A stretch of DNA of 64,000 nt from NCBI GenBank assembly GCA_002069965.1, contig MWCI01000006.1, positions 888 to 64,887 of the forward strand, in the 5' to 3' direction. The notes under the pieces are model-generated. The model was not told the DNA's origin, did not search any database, and was given only the letters and a program-made list of their open reading frames with translations. The position numbers and the translations under genes are program-made. Positions within the stretch are counted from its first letter, which is position 1; the number at the start of each line of letters is the position of its first letter. This document shows positions 8,911-18,787 of this stretch, in pieces. This DNA comes from Spirochaetes bacterium ADurb.Bin218. GTDB lineage: Bacteria; Spirochaetota; UBA4802; UBA5550.

Positions 8911-11088
8911 TTAAAGTATAAAAAGCATTTCCCAGTATTTTGGCATTGGCCATAGCTCATCATCCATAATGGTTTCAAGCTCATCAACAAGCTTCCTGAG
9001 CTCATCCATCTTGGTCTTAACACTTGCACAATAGACATCTGCTTTTTCCTGCTCATCTTCAATTCTTTTTGCTGCCTCTGCTCTGGATTTAAGATCTGCA
9101 AGCCCGCTTTGAATGTGAACTATAAGAGAGCTTATCTTCTCCAGAAATATTCTTTGAGAATCAACAATATTATCAGATACAAGTCCTGATATTTGATTTA
9201 TTGAAGAGGCAATATTTCCCTGAAAGATATAGGCTGCTGGCAGAATCTGAGAAGAAACCATATTATAAAAAGCATTGGATTCAATATCAATATTCTTTGA
9301 ATATTTTTCAAGATGAATATGATACCTTGATGCAAGCTCAACCTCTGAGAGTACCTTGTATTTATCAAAAAGTTTTTTGGCTTTCTCTGTGTTATATGCC
9401 TTTAAAGCCTCTGGAGTTGTTTTGTAATTTGGTAGTCCTCTTTTCTCTGCTTCTTTGTGCCATTCTTCAGAGTAATTATCTCCTCCAAATATTACAGGTT
9501 TAAATTCTTTAATTTCTTCTCTGATTATTTCAAATATAGTTTTTCGTAAATCGGAAGTTCCTTTCTTTTCAATCTTATCAGCAAGTTCATCAATGCTCTC
9601 TGCAACTATTAAATTCAATACAGTGGCAGGAAAAGAGATTGACTGAGATGCCCCAACTGCTCTGAACTCAAACTTGTTTCCTGTAAATGCAAAAGGAGAA
9701 GTTCTATTACGATCAGTGTTATCTTTACTGAGAAGGGGTAAAGATGAAAGGCCAAGATCTATAATAGCTGCATCTGTTGCCTTGATGCTTTCGCCTTTTT
9801 CTATGGACTCAAGAATTGCACTGAGCTGATCTCCAAGAAAAACAGATATAATAGCAGGAGGTGCTTCATTTGCTCCGAGTCGGTGATCATTACCGCTGTG
9901 TGCTACAGATGCTCGTAGTATATCTGCATGCCTATGAACAGCCTTTAAGACTGCTGTAAGGAAAAGCAAGAACTGTATATTTTCAGTGGGAGTCTTTCCT
10001 GGATTCAGTAGATTTATTCCATCATCAGTTCCAATTGACCAGTTAAGATGTTTTCCAGATCCATTTATGCCAGAAAAGGGCTTCTCGTGTAATAATACAG
10101 CAAGGTTGTGTCTGCGTCCAACATTTTTCATTGTATCCATTAAAAGCTGATTGTGATCTGCTGCAATATTTGCCTCTTCAAAAATTGGGGCAATCTCAAA
10201 CTGAGCAGGAGCAACCTCATTATGCCTTGTCTTTGCAGGAATTCCAAGCTTAAAGAGCTCTTCATCTAATTCGTGCATAAAGGACTGAATTCTTTCTTTG
10301 ATGTTTCCAAAATACTGGTCCTCTAACTCCTGTCCCTTAGCAGGTGCTGCTCCAAGTAAGGTTCTCCCTGTAAGCACCAGATCCTGTCTATGCAAAAAAT
10401 ATTCCCTATCTATGCAAAAATATTCCTGCTCTGGACCACAGTTTGCAAAGACTTTCTTTGATGTGGTATTTCCAATGAGTTTGAGCAATCTCATGGCGCT
10501 ATGATTGACAGCTCTTATAGATCTAAGGAGAGGGGTTTTCTTGTCAAGAGCCTCTCCAGTATAGGATATAAAAGCTGAGGGAATACACAAAGTAATAGCA
10601 GATCCATTTTTACGTAAAAAAGCAGGACTTGACATATCCCATGCAGTGTAACCCCTTGCCTCAAAGGTTGCTCTTATGCCTCCGCTTGGAAAACTGGATG
10701 CATCAGGCTCTCCCTGGACAAGCTGAGAGCCAGAAAATCTTTCTATGACCTCTGCATGACCAACAAATTCAATAAAGGAGTCGTGCTTTTCAGCTGTTGC
10801 CCCTGTTAATGGCTGGAACCAGTGTGCAAAGTGAGTGGCGCCATTTTCTATAGCCCATTCCTTCATTGCATGAGCCACAGCATTTGCAGTATCAATATCA
10901 AGCTTGCTATTTTCCTCTATGCAGGAAAGCAATTTCAGGTAGACAGACCTTGGGAGTTTAGCCTCCATGACTTTTCTGTTGAATGTATATTCACCAAAAA
11001 AAGTAGAAATAGGTCTTCTATCCTTGTCATCATCTTCCAGAAAAAGTCTCCTTACTTTGGTATTGACTTCTCTTTTCATATATATCAC
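8911..11088 (-). CDS. glnN: glutamine synthetase type III
   Basis: At 725 aa the length and the N-terminal/central similarity are typical of GSIII (GlnN) rather than GSI. Confidence 0.8.
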   Translation of the reverse strand: MIYMKREVNTKVRRLFLEDDDKDRRPISTFFGEYTFNRKVMEAKLPRSVYLKLLSCIEENSKLDIDTANAVAHAMKEWAIENGATHFAHWFQPLTGATAEKHDSFIEFVGHAEVIERFSGSQLVQGEPDASSFPSGGIRATFEARGYTAWDMSSPAFLRKNGSAITLCIPSAFISYTGEALDKKTPLLRSIRAVNHSAMRLLKLIGNTTSKKVFANCGPEQEYFCIDREYFLHRQDLVLTGRTLLGAAPAKGQELEDQYFGNIKERIQSFMHELDEELFKLGIPAKTRHNEVAPAQFEIAPIFEEANIAADHNQLLMDTMKNVGRRHNLAVLLHEKPFSGINGSGKHLNWSIGTDDGINLLNPGKTPTENIQFLLFLTAVLKAVHRHADILRASVAHSGNDHRLGANEAPPAIISVFLGDQLSAILESIEKGESIKATDAAIIDLGLSSLPLLSKDNTDRNRTSPFAFTGNKFEFRAVGASQSISFPATVLNLIVAESIDELADKIEKKGTSDLRKTIFEIIREEIKEFKPVIFGGDNYSEEWHKEAEKRGLPNYKTTPEALKAYNTEKAKKLFDKYKVLSEVELASRYHIHLEKYSKNIDIESNAFYNMVSSQILPAAYIFQGNIASSINQISGLVSDNIVDSQRIFLEKISSLIVHIQSGLADLKSRAEAAKRIEDEQEKADVYCASVKTKMDELRKLVDELETIMDDELWPMPKYWEMLFIL

Positions 11089-11455
11089 CTCTTTTATAAG
11101 TTCTTTTTACTAAGAAACCATATTGCATAAAATATAGTCTCTGTCAAATTAAAGTTTTAGGCTACTTAACTAATTAACATACATGTAATACATCTTATTT
11201 ATTATAATCTCTAAAAATGGAACAAAATTCATATTGAGATATTTTCAAGTATTAAAAACAAAAGTTTGTTACAGTCATGTAAAAGAGTTATAAATCCTAA
11301 AGAGAAGTGAAGTTAAATCTTTGTTAAATAATTTTAATTGACCTATGGAAAAGATCAATATCATTATTGTCCTTAGAAAAAAATAAGGGAATATTTTTTG
11401 AAAGGTAGAGTAGATACTTATAGTTTTAGTATAGCCACCTTGCAGGAGGATAAAA

Positions 11456-13054
11456 ATGAAAAAAGAACTTCTTACAAATATTATTGATAATTTTTTTAAC
11501 TGTAACAGATCGGAGATTCTTCAGATAATAAATGAACTCATAAATACACTCAAGGCAGAGGAAAATCTTTCATGTTTTGAAATAATGTCACGAAATTATG
11601 ACACAGCTCAATCTAATCCAGAGATTCATTATATACCTGGAAATCTCAAGGATGCCAGAGATGCAATCTTTCCATATTTTTGGGGGACTGATGGATGGTA
11701 TTCCAAGCTTCACATGGAAAATGTTAAGGGTCCTGCAAATTACGCATCTCTTATAGGAGCAATTGCCTGTTTACTTAAAAATCCAAACCTTTGTGTTGAT
11801 ACATACAGTCAGAGATCAAATGAACTGGAGCTTAAGGCAATAACCTCACTTGCAAATTTAGTTTTTTATCACACAAAAAATCCATGGGGAATTTTTACCA
11901 TGGGTGGGACTATTTCTAACCTATATGGGGGAAAAATCGGCATAGAAAAAACTCATCCCAATGCGATGAAAAGAGGCCTCAGGGATGTTAAGCTTGCTGG
12001 GATAGTCTCAGAGGCTGCACATTACTCAAACGAGACTCTGGCGGGATGGCTTGGACTTGGAACAGACAATCTTTATTCTATACCAACAGATGAATCCTGC
12101 AGCATGGATTTGCAATTGCTTAGAGAAAAAATGGAAGAGATCTACAATGGGAAAACAACAATTGCCTTTGTCATAGCAACCTTTGGCAGTACAGATGCCT
12201 TTGGAATTGACGATATTAAATCTATAAGGCAGATAATAAACGAGGTAAGCGCTAAATACAATATGCCAGTACCTCAACTCCATGTGGATGCGGCAGCAGG
12301 ATGGTCTCTTTGTTTCTTAAACGAATACGATTTAGAAAAAAATGAATTTGGACTTTCTTCAGAAGTGCTTTCTGTTGTTGAAAGATTGAGATATTATTCC
12401 ATGGGAATTCAGGAGGCTGATTCAGTTACAATAGATTTTCATAAAATGGGTTGGGGACATTATCCAGCCAGTGCATTTATTGTGAACAATCGAGAGGACT
12501 TAAAATATCTCTTCAGGAGCAAGGAAGAGCTTCCATACTTTTCAGAGGCTGATTATAGGCACGATCCAGCTTTATTTACCCTTGAAACCTCTCGTCCTGC
12601 CATAGGACCTTTTTCTGTAATGGCAAGTTTAAATGGCATAGGACTTAAGGGCTATCAGATACTTGTTGCTCATTCCCTTGAAATGGCTGCACTGTTACGA
12701 AAAAAGCTTAATAACCTTGAATATTGTAAGGTAATAAATCAAAATTGCCTTGGCCCAAGTGTTGTGTGGTGGGTTTTGCCAAAGGGCAGGGATGCCTCAG
12801 TGATATATGAGAAGCTTGTAGCAGGAGAACTCTCAGAAAAGGAATACACAAGATATTTTTCTGAGATACATAGACTTTTTGAAAAAAGAAAAAACGTGCT
12901 TAATCCAGAAATAGATGCAAGCCTAAGTTTTACAACTGCAATGGGGTATAATCCCCATGGTATTGCAATACCTGCATGGAAGGGGGTATTTTTTAATCCA
13001 AAAACAGATGAGTCTGTTGTAAGGCAGATTATCAAAAGTATAGAGGAGTTGTAG
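11456..13054 (+). CDS. PLP-dependent group II amino-acid decarboxylase family protein
   Basis: PLP-lysine motif VTIDFHKMGWG and fold-type-I decarboxylase N-terminal region. RBS GCAGGAGG lies upstream. Confidence 0.6.
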   Translation: MKKELLTNIIDNFFNCNRSEILQIINELINTLKAEENLSCFEIMSRNYDTAQSNPEIHYIPGNLKDARDAIFPYFWGTDGWYSKLHMENVKGPANYASLIGAIACLLKNPNLCVDTYSQRSNELELKAITSLANLVFYHTKNPWGIFTMGGTISNLYGGKIGIEKTHPNAMKRGLRDVKLAGIVSEAAHYSNETLAGWLGLGTDNLYSIPTDESCSMDLQLLREKMEEIYNGKTTIAFVIATFGSTDAFGIDDIKSIRQIINEVSAKYNMPVPQLHVDAAAGWSLCFLNEYDLEKNEFGLSSEVLSVVERLRYYSMGIQEADSVTIDFHKMGWGHYPASAFIVNNREDLKYLFRSKEELPYFSEADYRHDPALFTLETSRPAIGPFSVMASLNGIGLKGYQILVAHSLEMAALLRKKLNNLEYCKVINQNCLGPSVVWWVLPKGRDASVIYEKLVAGELSEKEYTRYFSEIHRLFEKRKNVLNPEIDASLSFTTAMGYNPHGIAIPAWKGVFFNPKTDESVVRQIIKSIEEL

Positions 13055-13991
13055 CCATAAGGCGTTTTCTGAAATTGCTTATTTTTTTTATATCCTCAGG
13101 GGTTGTTCTGCAGCAACCCCCAATGAGCCTTGCCCCTTTATTATACCATTCCTGACTTGCCATAGAAAAGTCCACACATCTTTCTTGTTTTGTCCAACAA
13201 TTGCATGTTGTATCAAAAATCTCACCTGAGTTTGGATAAACAATGATAGGTATTGTAGTATCTGTATTTGCCTCTTCAATAAGAGAGGATATAAATTCTG
13301 GATCAGAGCAGTTTATTCCCACTGCCGCAAGATTTTTATAGACTAATAAGGCTTTTACACAGTCGCTAAAAAGCTTACCATCTGGTATAGATTTTTTATC
13401 TTTTGCTGTAAAGGAAATCCAATAGTGTATGTTGTTATAGGACTTCATTATCTCTGCAACAGCAAGGGCCTCATCAAGACGGGGAAAGGTTTCAAAGGCA
13501 AGGAAATTTGCTCCTGCCTCATGAAGTAGCTCAATTCTGCTTTCATAAAAATTTCTGTAGTCAGCAAAAGTGAGAGTGTAATTTCCACTGTATTCAGAGC
13601 CATTAGCAAGATAGGCTCCATAGCATCCAATTGAAGCAGCTATAAAAGGGTATGGCCTGTAGGTTAACTGATTTTTTTCTATAAACTCATCAATGGATTT
13701 CAGTGCAAGAGTTACAGAGCTCTGAATTAATTTTTTTGCTTCCTTTACAGTGAAACCCTCAGAGACAAAGCCATCAATTGTTGCCTGATATGATGCAGTT
13801 GTTATGCAGTCTGCTCCTGCCTCAAGGTAGGAAAGATGAATATTTTTGATAGCATCGGGATTTTCAGAAAGAAGCTTAGCAGACCATAACCTGCTTTTGA
13901 GCTTAAATCCAGCACGCTCAAGCTCAGTTGCCAGAGCTCCATCAAGAATAACAAAGGGATATTCTTTTAGTATGTTTTTTATGTAGTTCAT
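13032..13991 (-). CDS. mmuM: homocysteine S-methyltransferase
   Basis: Pfam S-methyl_trans motifs: ILDGALATELE, LYLEAGADCITTASYQAT, GINCS, GGCCRTTPEDI (zinc-binding Cys). Confidence 0.8.
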   Translation of the reverse strand: MNYIKNILKEYPFVILDGALATELERAGFKLKSRLWSAKLLSENPDAIKNIHLSYLEAGADCITTASYQATIDGFVSEGFTVKEAKKLIQSSVTLALKSIDEFIEKNQLTYRPYPFIAASIGCYGAYLANGSEYSGNYTLTFADYRNFYESRIELLHEAGANFLAFETFPRLDEALAVAEIMKSYNNIHYWISFTAKDKKSIPDGKLFSDCVKALLVYKNLAAVGINCSDPEFISSLIEEANTDTTIPIIVYPNSGEIFDTTCNCWTKQERCVDFSMASQEWYNKGARLIGGCCRTTPEDIKKISNFRKRLMATTPLYF

Positions 13992-13993
13992 AA

Positions 13994-14090
13994 TAGTTTT
14001 ATTCCTTAACTTTTTTAGCCAGGAAATGCTTTAACTCAGCGGCTTTTTTTGCTGAGTGGTTACAGTAAAAATAATTTTTATAAATTATAA
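13994..14090 (+). repeat. degenerate partial copy of the MITE-like element
   Basis: TTATTCCTTAACTTTTTTA, then a GC hairpin (CTCAGCGGCTTTTTTTGCTGAG), then TTACAGTAAAAAT. It resembles the left TIR, core hairpin and TTACACTAAAAAT box of copies A-E. The right TIR is not recognisable. Confidence 0.3.
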
Positions 14091-14377
14091 GTATAGTTTA
14101 TAAATAAATCTTTGAAAAGTCTATAAAAATTGGGGATCTTTGCAAGTTAATGCCTTAACCTTCATATTGAATAACATATTTGAATATATCAGCCCTCTTT
14201 AGCTCAGGAAATGATAATATTATTTATTACAGTGAAAAGTATTTTTAAGAATTATTATTGAAAACTTTATGATGCTCTTATTGTATTTCAGGAGCATAAC
14301 TTGAAATTTTTATTGACATTTGCCAAAAAAAGACACTAATTTAGTTTTAAAAAATAATCATAATAAAAGAGGTTTTT

Positions 14378-14812
14378 ATGAAAAAAACAATTACCCTAAT
14401 ATTTGTAGGATGGGTAGTTTTTTTGTTTTCTGGCTGTACTCATCCACAGATAATTACTGCACAATATGTGGATAAACCAGTGATAGTTGGTCCCTATTGG
14501 AAGGTAGGTGGAAAACTTGAAAACTATGAAGAACTTAAAAAAAATAAGGAATTAAGAAAATTTAATTCTGAAGTTGAAAGAACCATAACCACTTCAACTC
14601 AGCAAAATGGAAGTTATCAAACAACCAACACACAATACTATAGTGTTGATGCAGATAACATAAGCAAAGACATACTTATGCAAAATCCATCGGATAATGA
14701 ACTAATTTTGATAAAAAGATGCTTTCTTGGTTCCTACCTTATGCTTGCACCTGGAGGTTCTATAATTACTTCCTTCGGTGGAGTAGAAGGTGTAATTGCA
14801 CCAAAGCCATAA
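14378..14812 (+). CDS. hypothetical lipoprotein (1 of 4 in tandem)
   Basis: Signal peptide with lipobox LFSGC. The C-terminal segment is hydrophobic. Confidence 0.55.
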   Translation: MKKTITLIFVGWVVFLFSGCTHPQIITAQYVDKPVIVGPYWKVGGKLENYEELKKNKELRKFNSEVERTITTSTQQNGSYQTTNTQYYSVDADNISKDILMQNPSDNELILIKRCFLGSYLMLAPGGSIITSFGGVEGVIAPKP

Positions 14813-14832
14813 TCAAATTTAAGGAGATCTTT

Positions 14833-15276
14833 ATGAAAAATTTAGCTAAAGCTATTGTATTCTTTACAATAATTTCCATATTCTTTCTGCTGACTGCCTG
14901 TGCTGGAGCAAGGGGTAGCATTGTTCTTAAAGATGTAAATCACCCTGTATCAATGTCTCCTTATATATATGATAAAAATGGGCAGGTGTTATCAATAAAT
15001 AAGGGCCTTACATATAATGGTGGATTTTTGATAGAAAAAACATACTATGGAACATTTTATAGCCTTATAAAATTGTCTGGAGATGATGATGTAAATCAGC
15101 AGATCAATGATGCAGTAAAAGCCTCAAATTCCGATGCTGTAGTTAATTTGCATTATGTGGTAGATCAGGGAGGAACAAATGGTTGTTGCCCACTAACATG
15201 GCTTCCAATATGGCCAGGAACAGCTAAGGTTTTTATTATGGGCGACATGGTGAAAATATCAAAGGGGGGAAAATAA
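14833..15276 (+). CDS. hypothetical lipoprotein (2 of 4)
   Basis: RBS AGGAG followed by ATG at 14833. Lipobox LLTAC. The ORF-track start at 14719 overlaps the upstream gene and is unlikely. Confidence 0.55.
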   Translation: MKNLAKAIVFFTIISIFFLLTACAGARGSIVLKDVNHPVSMSPYIYDKNGQVLSINKGLTYNGGFLIEKTYYGTFYSLIKLSGDDDVNQQINDAVKASNSDAVVNLHYVVDQGGTNGCCPLTWLPIWPGTAKVFIMGDMVKISKGGK

Positions 15277-15277
15277 T

Positions 15278-15595
15278 ATGAATAACATAATATGCAAACT
15301 ATTGATTTTATCTATTGGGCTATTGGCAATTGGTTGTGTAACAACTCCACCACCACCTCCAGAGATGACAGAGGCTGAAAAGGCTGTTATGTTAATTGAA
15401 GGATTTGATAGTAAGGATCTCCCAGAAATAAAAAGAATCATAAATACATGCACACCTGTTGGGGCTATTGAATATATACCAGGTCAGTATGTAGCTCGCA
15501 AAAGAGCTGTGGAGCTAAAGGCCAATACAGCCCATCTCTATTACTATGATGATTTAAGGCAAGCCTCTGTGGTTAGATTCTGGCAATGTAAATAA
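15278..15595 (+). CDS. small lipoprotein with poly-Pro linker, RcsF-like C-terminal motif (3 of 4)
   Basis: Lipobox AIGC, then TTPPPPPE, then ARKRAVELKANTAHL...VRFWQC. It is paralogous to the next gene. Confidence 0.5.
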   Translation: MNNIICKLLILSIGLLAIGCVTTPPPPPEMTEAEKAVMLIEGFDSKDLPEIKRIINTCTPVGAIEYIPGQYVARKRAVELKANTAHLYYYDDLRQASVVRFWQCK

Positions 15596-15616
15596 TTTTA
15601 ATTTCAGGTAAAATCA

Positions 15617-16231
15617 ATGGAAAAACAAAATATGCCTTTTGTAAGAAAAAATTTTTTATTTTTCTCTCCTGTGGGACTTGCAGCTTTTTTGTTTATGCAG
15701 GCATGTGTCTCCACCCCACCACCACCACCGCCGCCAATGCCTGAGGAGGTGAAGCACATCAAGGTTGTTTACGGATGGCCTGTTACAAGAGAACTTGAAG
15801 AGACCTGTAAATCTGTAAGGATGGAAAAGGTATCTCGATACAATGATTGGTGGGCTATTCACCGTAGAGCTAAGGATCTAAATGCAAATACAATGCAGTT
15901 TGTTTATGAGTGCCAATATGATTGTGATGTCAGATTCTGGAACTGTGGGGAAAAATTTCTCCCTGATACACAAAAAGATGCTACCAAAATTTTTGGAGAT
16001 CTCATTGGTAAGATAGATAAAATTCAGGGGAATGAGATTATAATTAGTGGAGAAAAAATGGCTGAAAAGGTCACCATGGGAAAAATTCTTGCTGTAGCAA
16101 CAGAAAATGATATGGTCTATATTGAAGTAACTTTTCCTATGATGACTGTAGCAAAATGCAAAATTGTCAAAGGCTCAATGGCAAATCTAAAACCTGGATT
16201 GAAGGTTTATACTAAAGGCAAAAAGGATTAG
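15617..16231 (+). CDS. lipoprotein with poly-Pro linker, RcsF-like domain plus C-terminal extension (4 of 4)
   Basis: Lipobox MQAC, then STPPPPPPPMPEE, then HRRAKDLNANTMQFVYECQYDCDVRFWNC with four Cys. The extra C-terminal domain is about 90 aa. Confidence 0.5.
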   Translation: MEKQNMPFVRKNFLFFSPVGLAAFLFMQACVSTPPPPPPPMPEEVKHIKVVYGWPVTRELEETCKSVRMEKVSRYNDWWAIHRRAKDLNANTMQFVYECQYDCDVRFWNCGEKFLPDTQKDATKIFGDLIGKIDKIQGNEIIISGEKMAEKVTMGKILAVATENDMVYIEVTFPMMTVAKCKIVKGSMANLKPGLKVYTKGKKD

Positions 16232-16379
16232 AAATATATAGAAAACTCATCCTGTATAAAAAAACCTGAAGCTTTCGCTTCAGGAAACAGGAGAGTACAA
16301 TGAAAAAGTTTACTTTTGATATTAAAGAACAAAAAAATTACCATAAGTTACAAAAATCCCGCAGAGTATTAAAGTTTTT

Positions 16380-16506
16380 TAGTAATTATTTCTAAATAAA
16401 TTTTTAGTGTAAAATCAAGAAAATATCATCCTTGCAGCCGAAGGCTGAGGGGATGATAGATTATTTTTATTTTAAAAGTTTAAAAGAAGTTAAGGAATAA
16501 ATACTG
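16380..16506 (-). repeat. MITE-like dispersed element, copy B (inverted orientation)
   Basis: The reverse complement aligns to copy A: CAGTATTTATTCCTTAACTTCTTTTAAA...ATCATCCCCTCAGCCTTCGGCTGCAAGGATGAT...TTTACACTAAAAATTTATTTAGAAATAATTACTA. Confidence 0.6.
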
Positions 16507-16583
16507 AAAGCTAAAAGAGGGGGAGGCAACCAAGCGGGAAACCCACCTGGTTGCCAATATATATTCAAACATGATTTATAAGC

Positions 16584-17930
16584 TTATGCATCTTGCTTGT
16601 TAGTTCTTCTCCAGATTCTCATCTTTTCTGCCTCAGAAATGAGCCACTCCCTAAAATCTGGATGAGCAATGTTTATTAAAGCCTCTGCTCTTTGCCATGT
16701 GGATTTTCCTTTAAACATGGCAACTCCATATTCTGTTATTACATAGTGAGAAATAGATCTTGGAACAGTAACTATAGCCCCTGGCTTTAATGTAGGGACA
16801 ATCCTTGATTTAACTGTTCCATCTTTGTCTGTGTAGGTGGAGGTAATAGAAATAATTCCCTTGCCACCGGTTGAGTTAAAAGCTCCAAATATAAAATCAA
16901 GCTGACCACCTGTTCCAGAGACATGCCTCCATCCTGCTGATTCTGAGCAGATCTGAGTAAAGAGATCCACCTCAACAGCATTGTTTATTGCTGTAACCTT
17001 TGGATTAAGGCATATTATTCTTGGATCATTTACATAGTTAACTGGATAAGAAGCACATGTTGGGTTGAGATGCAAAAAGTCATAAAGCTTTTTGGTTCCC
17101 ATTGCAAAGGTGTATGTCATCTTAAAGTGATCTATTTTCTTTTTGCTGCCTGTAACCTTGCCGCTCTCATATAAGCTAACACATGAATCAACAAGCATCT
17201 CTGTATGAATCCCCAGGTTTTTGAGATCGCTCTCTGCCAGCAATTGCCCCATGAGATTTGGCAGTGCACCTATGCCCAGTTGAAGTGTTGCGCCATCCTC
17301 AATCTCTTTCATTATGTAGCTTGCAATTTTTCTATCAATATCACGGGGCGGTGCAGGTGGAACCTCAACAAGGGGATGATTATCTCCTTCAACTATATAG
17401 TCAACATTTGATATATGGATTGATTCAAAGTTGCCTCCCAGACAATATGGGACATTGTTGTTTACCTCAACAACAATCTTTTTGGCCTTGCTTAAGTTTG
17501 CTCCTGTAACTGAATTTGCAAGACCGAAATTAAAGTAGCCATTGTTATCCATAGGAGCAGTTGTTATAAAGGCAACATCGGGGCTCAAATATTTTCTGAC
17601 AATTCGTGGAACCTGATGGTATGTAATTGGAATATAGCTGCATTTGTTTTCATCATGGAGCTTTCTGGAAACTCCGCCAAAGTGATAATCATTAACAACT
17701 GCATGTTTTCCCTCTGGATCCTTTTCTATAACCTTAGGAGATTTTGTGAAGCATATTCCTCTGATTTCAACATTGTTGAGTTCGTGTATTCTATCAGCCA
17801 GAGCGCTATCAAGAGCCCATGGGAAAAGGGCAAATTCTCCATAAAAAACATGATTCCCGGATTCAACAACTTCAACAGCTTCCTGGGCAGTTCTAAGTTT
17901 TGATCTGTATTCATTCATAAAGCGACTCAT
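16584..17930 (-). CDS. acetyl-CoA hydrolase/transferase family protein (4-hydroxybutyrate / succinyl-CoA:acetate CoA-transferase-like)
   Basis: At 448 aa the length fits, with full-length family similarity. It is a paralog of 48912..50270. Confidence 0.8.
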   Translation of the reverse strand: MSRFMNEYRSKLRTAQEAVEVVESGNHVFYGEFALFPWALDSALADRIHELNNVEIRGICFTKSPKVIEKDPEGKHAVVNDYHFGGVSRKLHDENKCSYIPITYHQVPRIVRKYLSPDVAFITTAPMDNNGYFNFGLANSVTGANLSKAKKIVVEVNNNVPYCLGGNFESIHISNVDYIVEGDNHPLVEVPPAPPRDIDRKIASYIMKEIEDGATLQLGIGALPNLMGQLLAESDLKNLGIHTEMLVDSCVSLYESGKVTGSKKKIDHFKMTYTFAMGTKKLYDFLHLNPTCASYPVNYVNDPRIICLNPKVTAINNAVEVDLFTQICSESAGWRHVSGTGGQLDFIFGAFNSTGGKGIISITSTYTDKDGTVKSRIVPTLKPGAIVTVPRSISHYVITEYGVAMFKGKSTWQRAEALINIAHPDFREWLISEAEKMRIWRRTNKQDA

Positions 17931-17956
17931 TATTTCCCTCCAAATTTGTTAAGGTG

Positions 17957-17996
17957 GGTCACCCTGAAGGTCTTTAGAAATACCTTCAGGGTGACC
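17957..17996. promoter_or_regulatory. perfect 15-bp-stem hairpin in the 5' leader of the CoA-transferase, 3' of tetR
   Basis: GGTCACCCTGAAGGT-cttt agaaat-ACCTTCAGGGTGACC. On the minus strand it lies 14 nt upstream of RBS GGAGGG. No U-tract follows. Confidence 0.4.
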
Positions 17997-18118
17997 GTAG
18001 TTTATTTAAAAGCAGAGAAGCTTTATATTAATAACTGCTCATCAACTATATATATCACTGCTTCTCTACCATTGGTTAGCAAAGTAAGTAATATTCTTAT
18101 TTTAAAATTTACCTAAAG

Positions 18119-18772
18119 TTAATTGAAAACAATGGCACGTTCAAAAAAAAGTACAGTTTCTTCAATAATTTTATCCATAGTCTCGGAACTCTTGCTGCCC
18201 AGTTTTGAGTCATGAAGCTGAGTAATTCCATAAACAGAACCCATTATTATATTTGCTGTTGCTCGTGCATCGCTTTCTCTAAAAAGTCTCCTTGTTTGAG
18301 CAGCAATAATTATACTCCTCATCTCATCCATTATGGCTCTTGATACATCCCTTATGGCGCTATCTGTCTTTTTATCCAGTGACCACAACATGCCAGCCTG
18401 TTGAAAAAGCTGTCCAATTCGAAACATGTGAGGGTCCTCTTTGTATTTATTAAAAAAAACATTTGCAATATCCCTTAAGAGTTTCCTCCCAGTGCTATAG
18501 ATATTTAATTGAAGAGTTAAGTTTATCTCTTCCATTTGCTTCAAACAGTCCTCAAGGACAGGAATTACAAGGGAAAAGTAAAGATCCTCCTTTGTAGGAA
18601 AGAACTTATAAATGGTAGGTTTACTAAGAGCTGCTTCATAGGCTATTTCATCCATTGTAGTTTTTAAAAAGCCTTTTTGGGAAAAAATCCTTTTTGCAGC
18701 AGCAAGTATATCATCTACCTTTTTTTCCTGCTCCTTCAGCTTCCTGTCTTTAAGTTTATTCTTGATATCCAT
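18119..18772 (-). CDS. TetR/AcrR family transcriptional regulator
   Basis: N-terminal HTH AAKRIFSQKGFLKTTMDEIAYEAALSKPTIYKFFPTKEDLYFSL. Confidence 0.85.
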   Translation of the reverse strand: MDIKNKLKDRKLKEQEKKVDDILAAAKRIFSQKGFLKTTMDEIAYEAALSKPTIYKFFPTKEDLYFSLVIPVLEDCLKQMEEINLTLQLNIYSTGRKLLRDIANVFFNKYKEDPHMFRIGQLFQQAGMLWSLDKKTDSAIRDVSRAIMDEMRSIIIAAQTRRLFRESDARATANIIMGSVYGITQLHDSKLGSKSSETMDKIIEETVLFFERAIVFN

Positions 18773-18787
18773 TTGTATACAAATAAA

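Noticed and set aside
11089-11455. Sigma-54 (-24 GG / -12 GC) promoter or NtrC sites for glnN in the 368-bp divergent region
   Set aside because: No convincing TGGCAC-N5-TTGC match was found by eye on either strand. Consensus scanning would be needed.
16300-16395. 31-codon ORF (MKKFTFDIKEQKNYHKLQKSRRVLKFFSNYF) with an AGGAGAG RBS after the fourth lipoprotein gene
   Set aside because: Its 3' end runs into the MITE-like repeat copy B. It has no recognisable features and is probably fortuitous.
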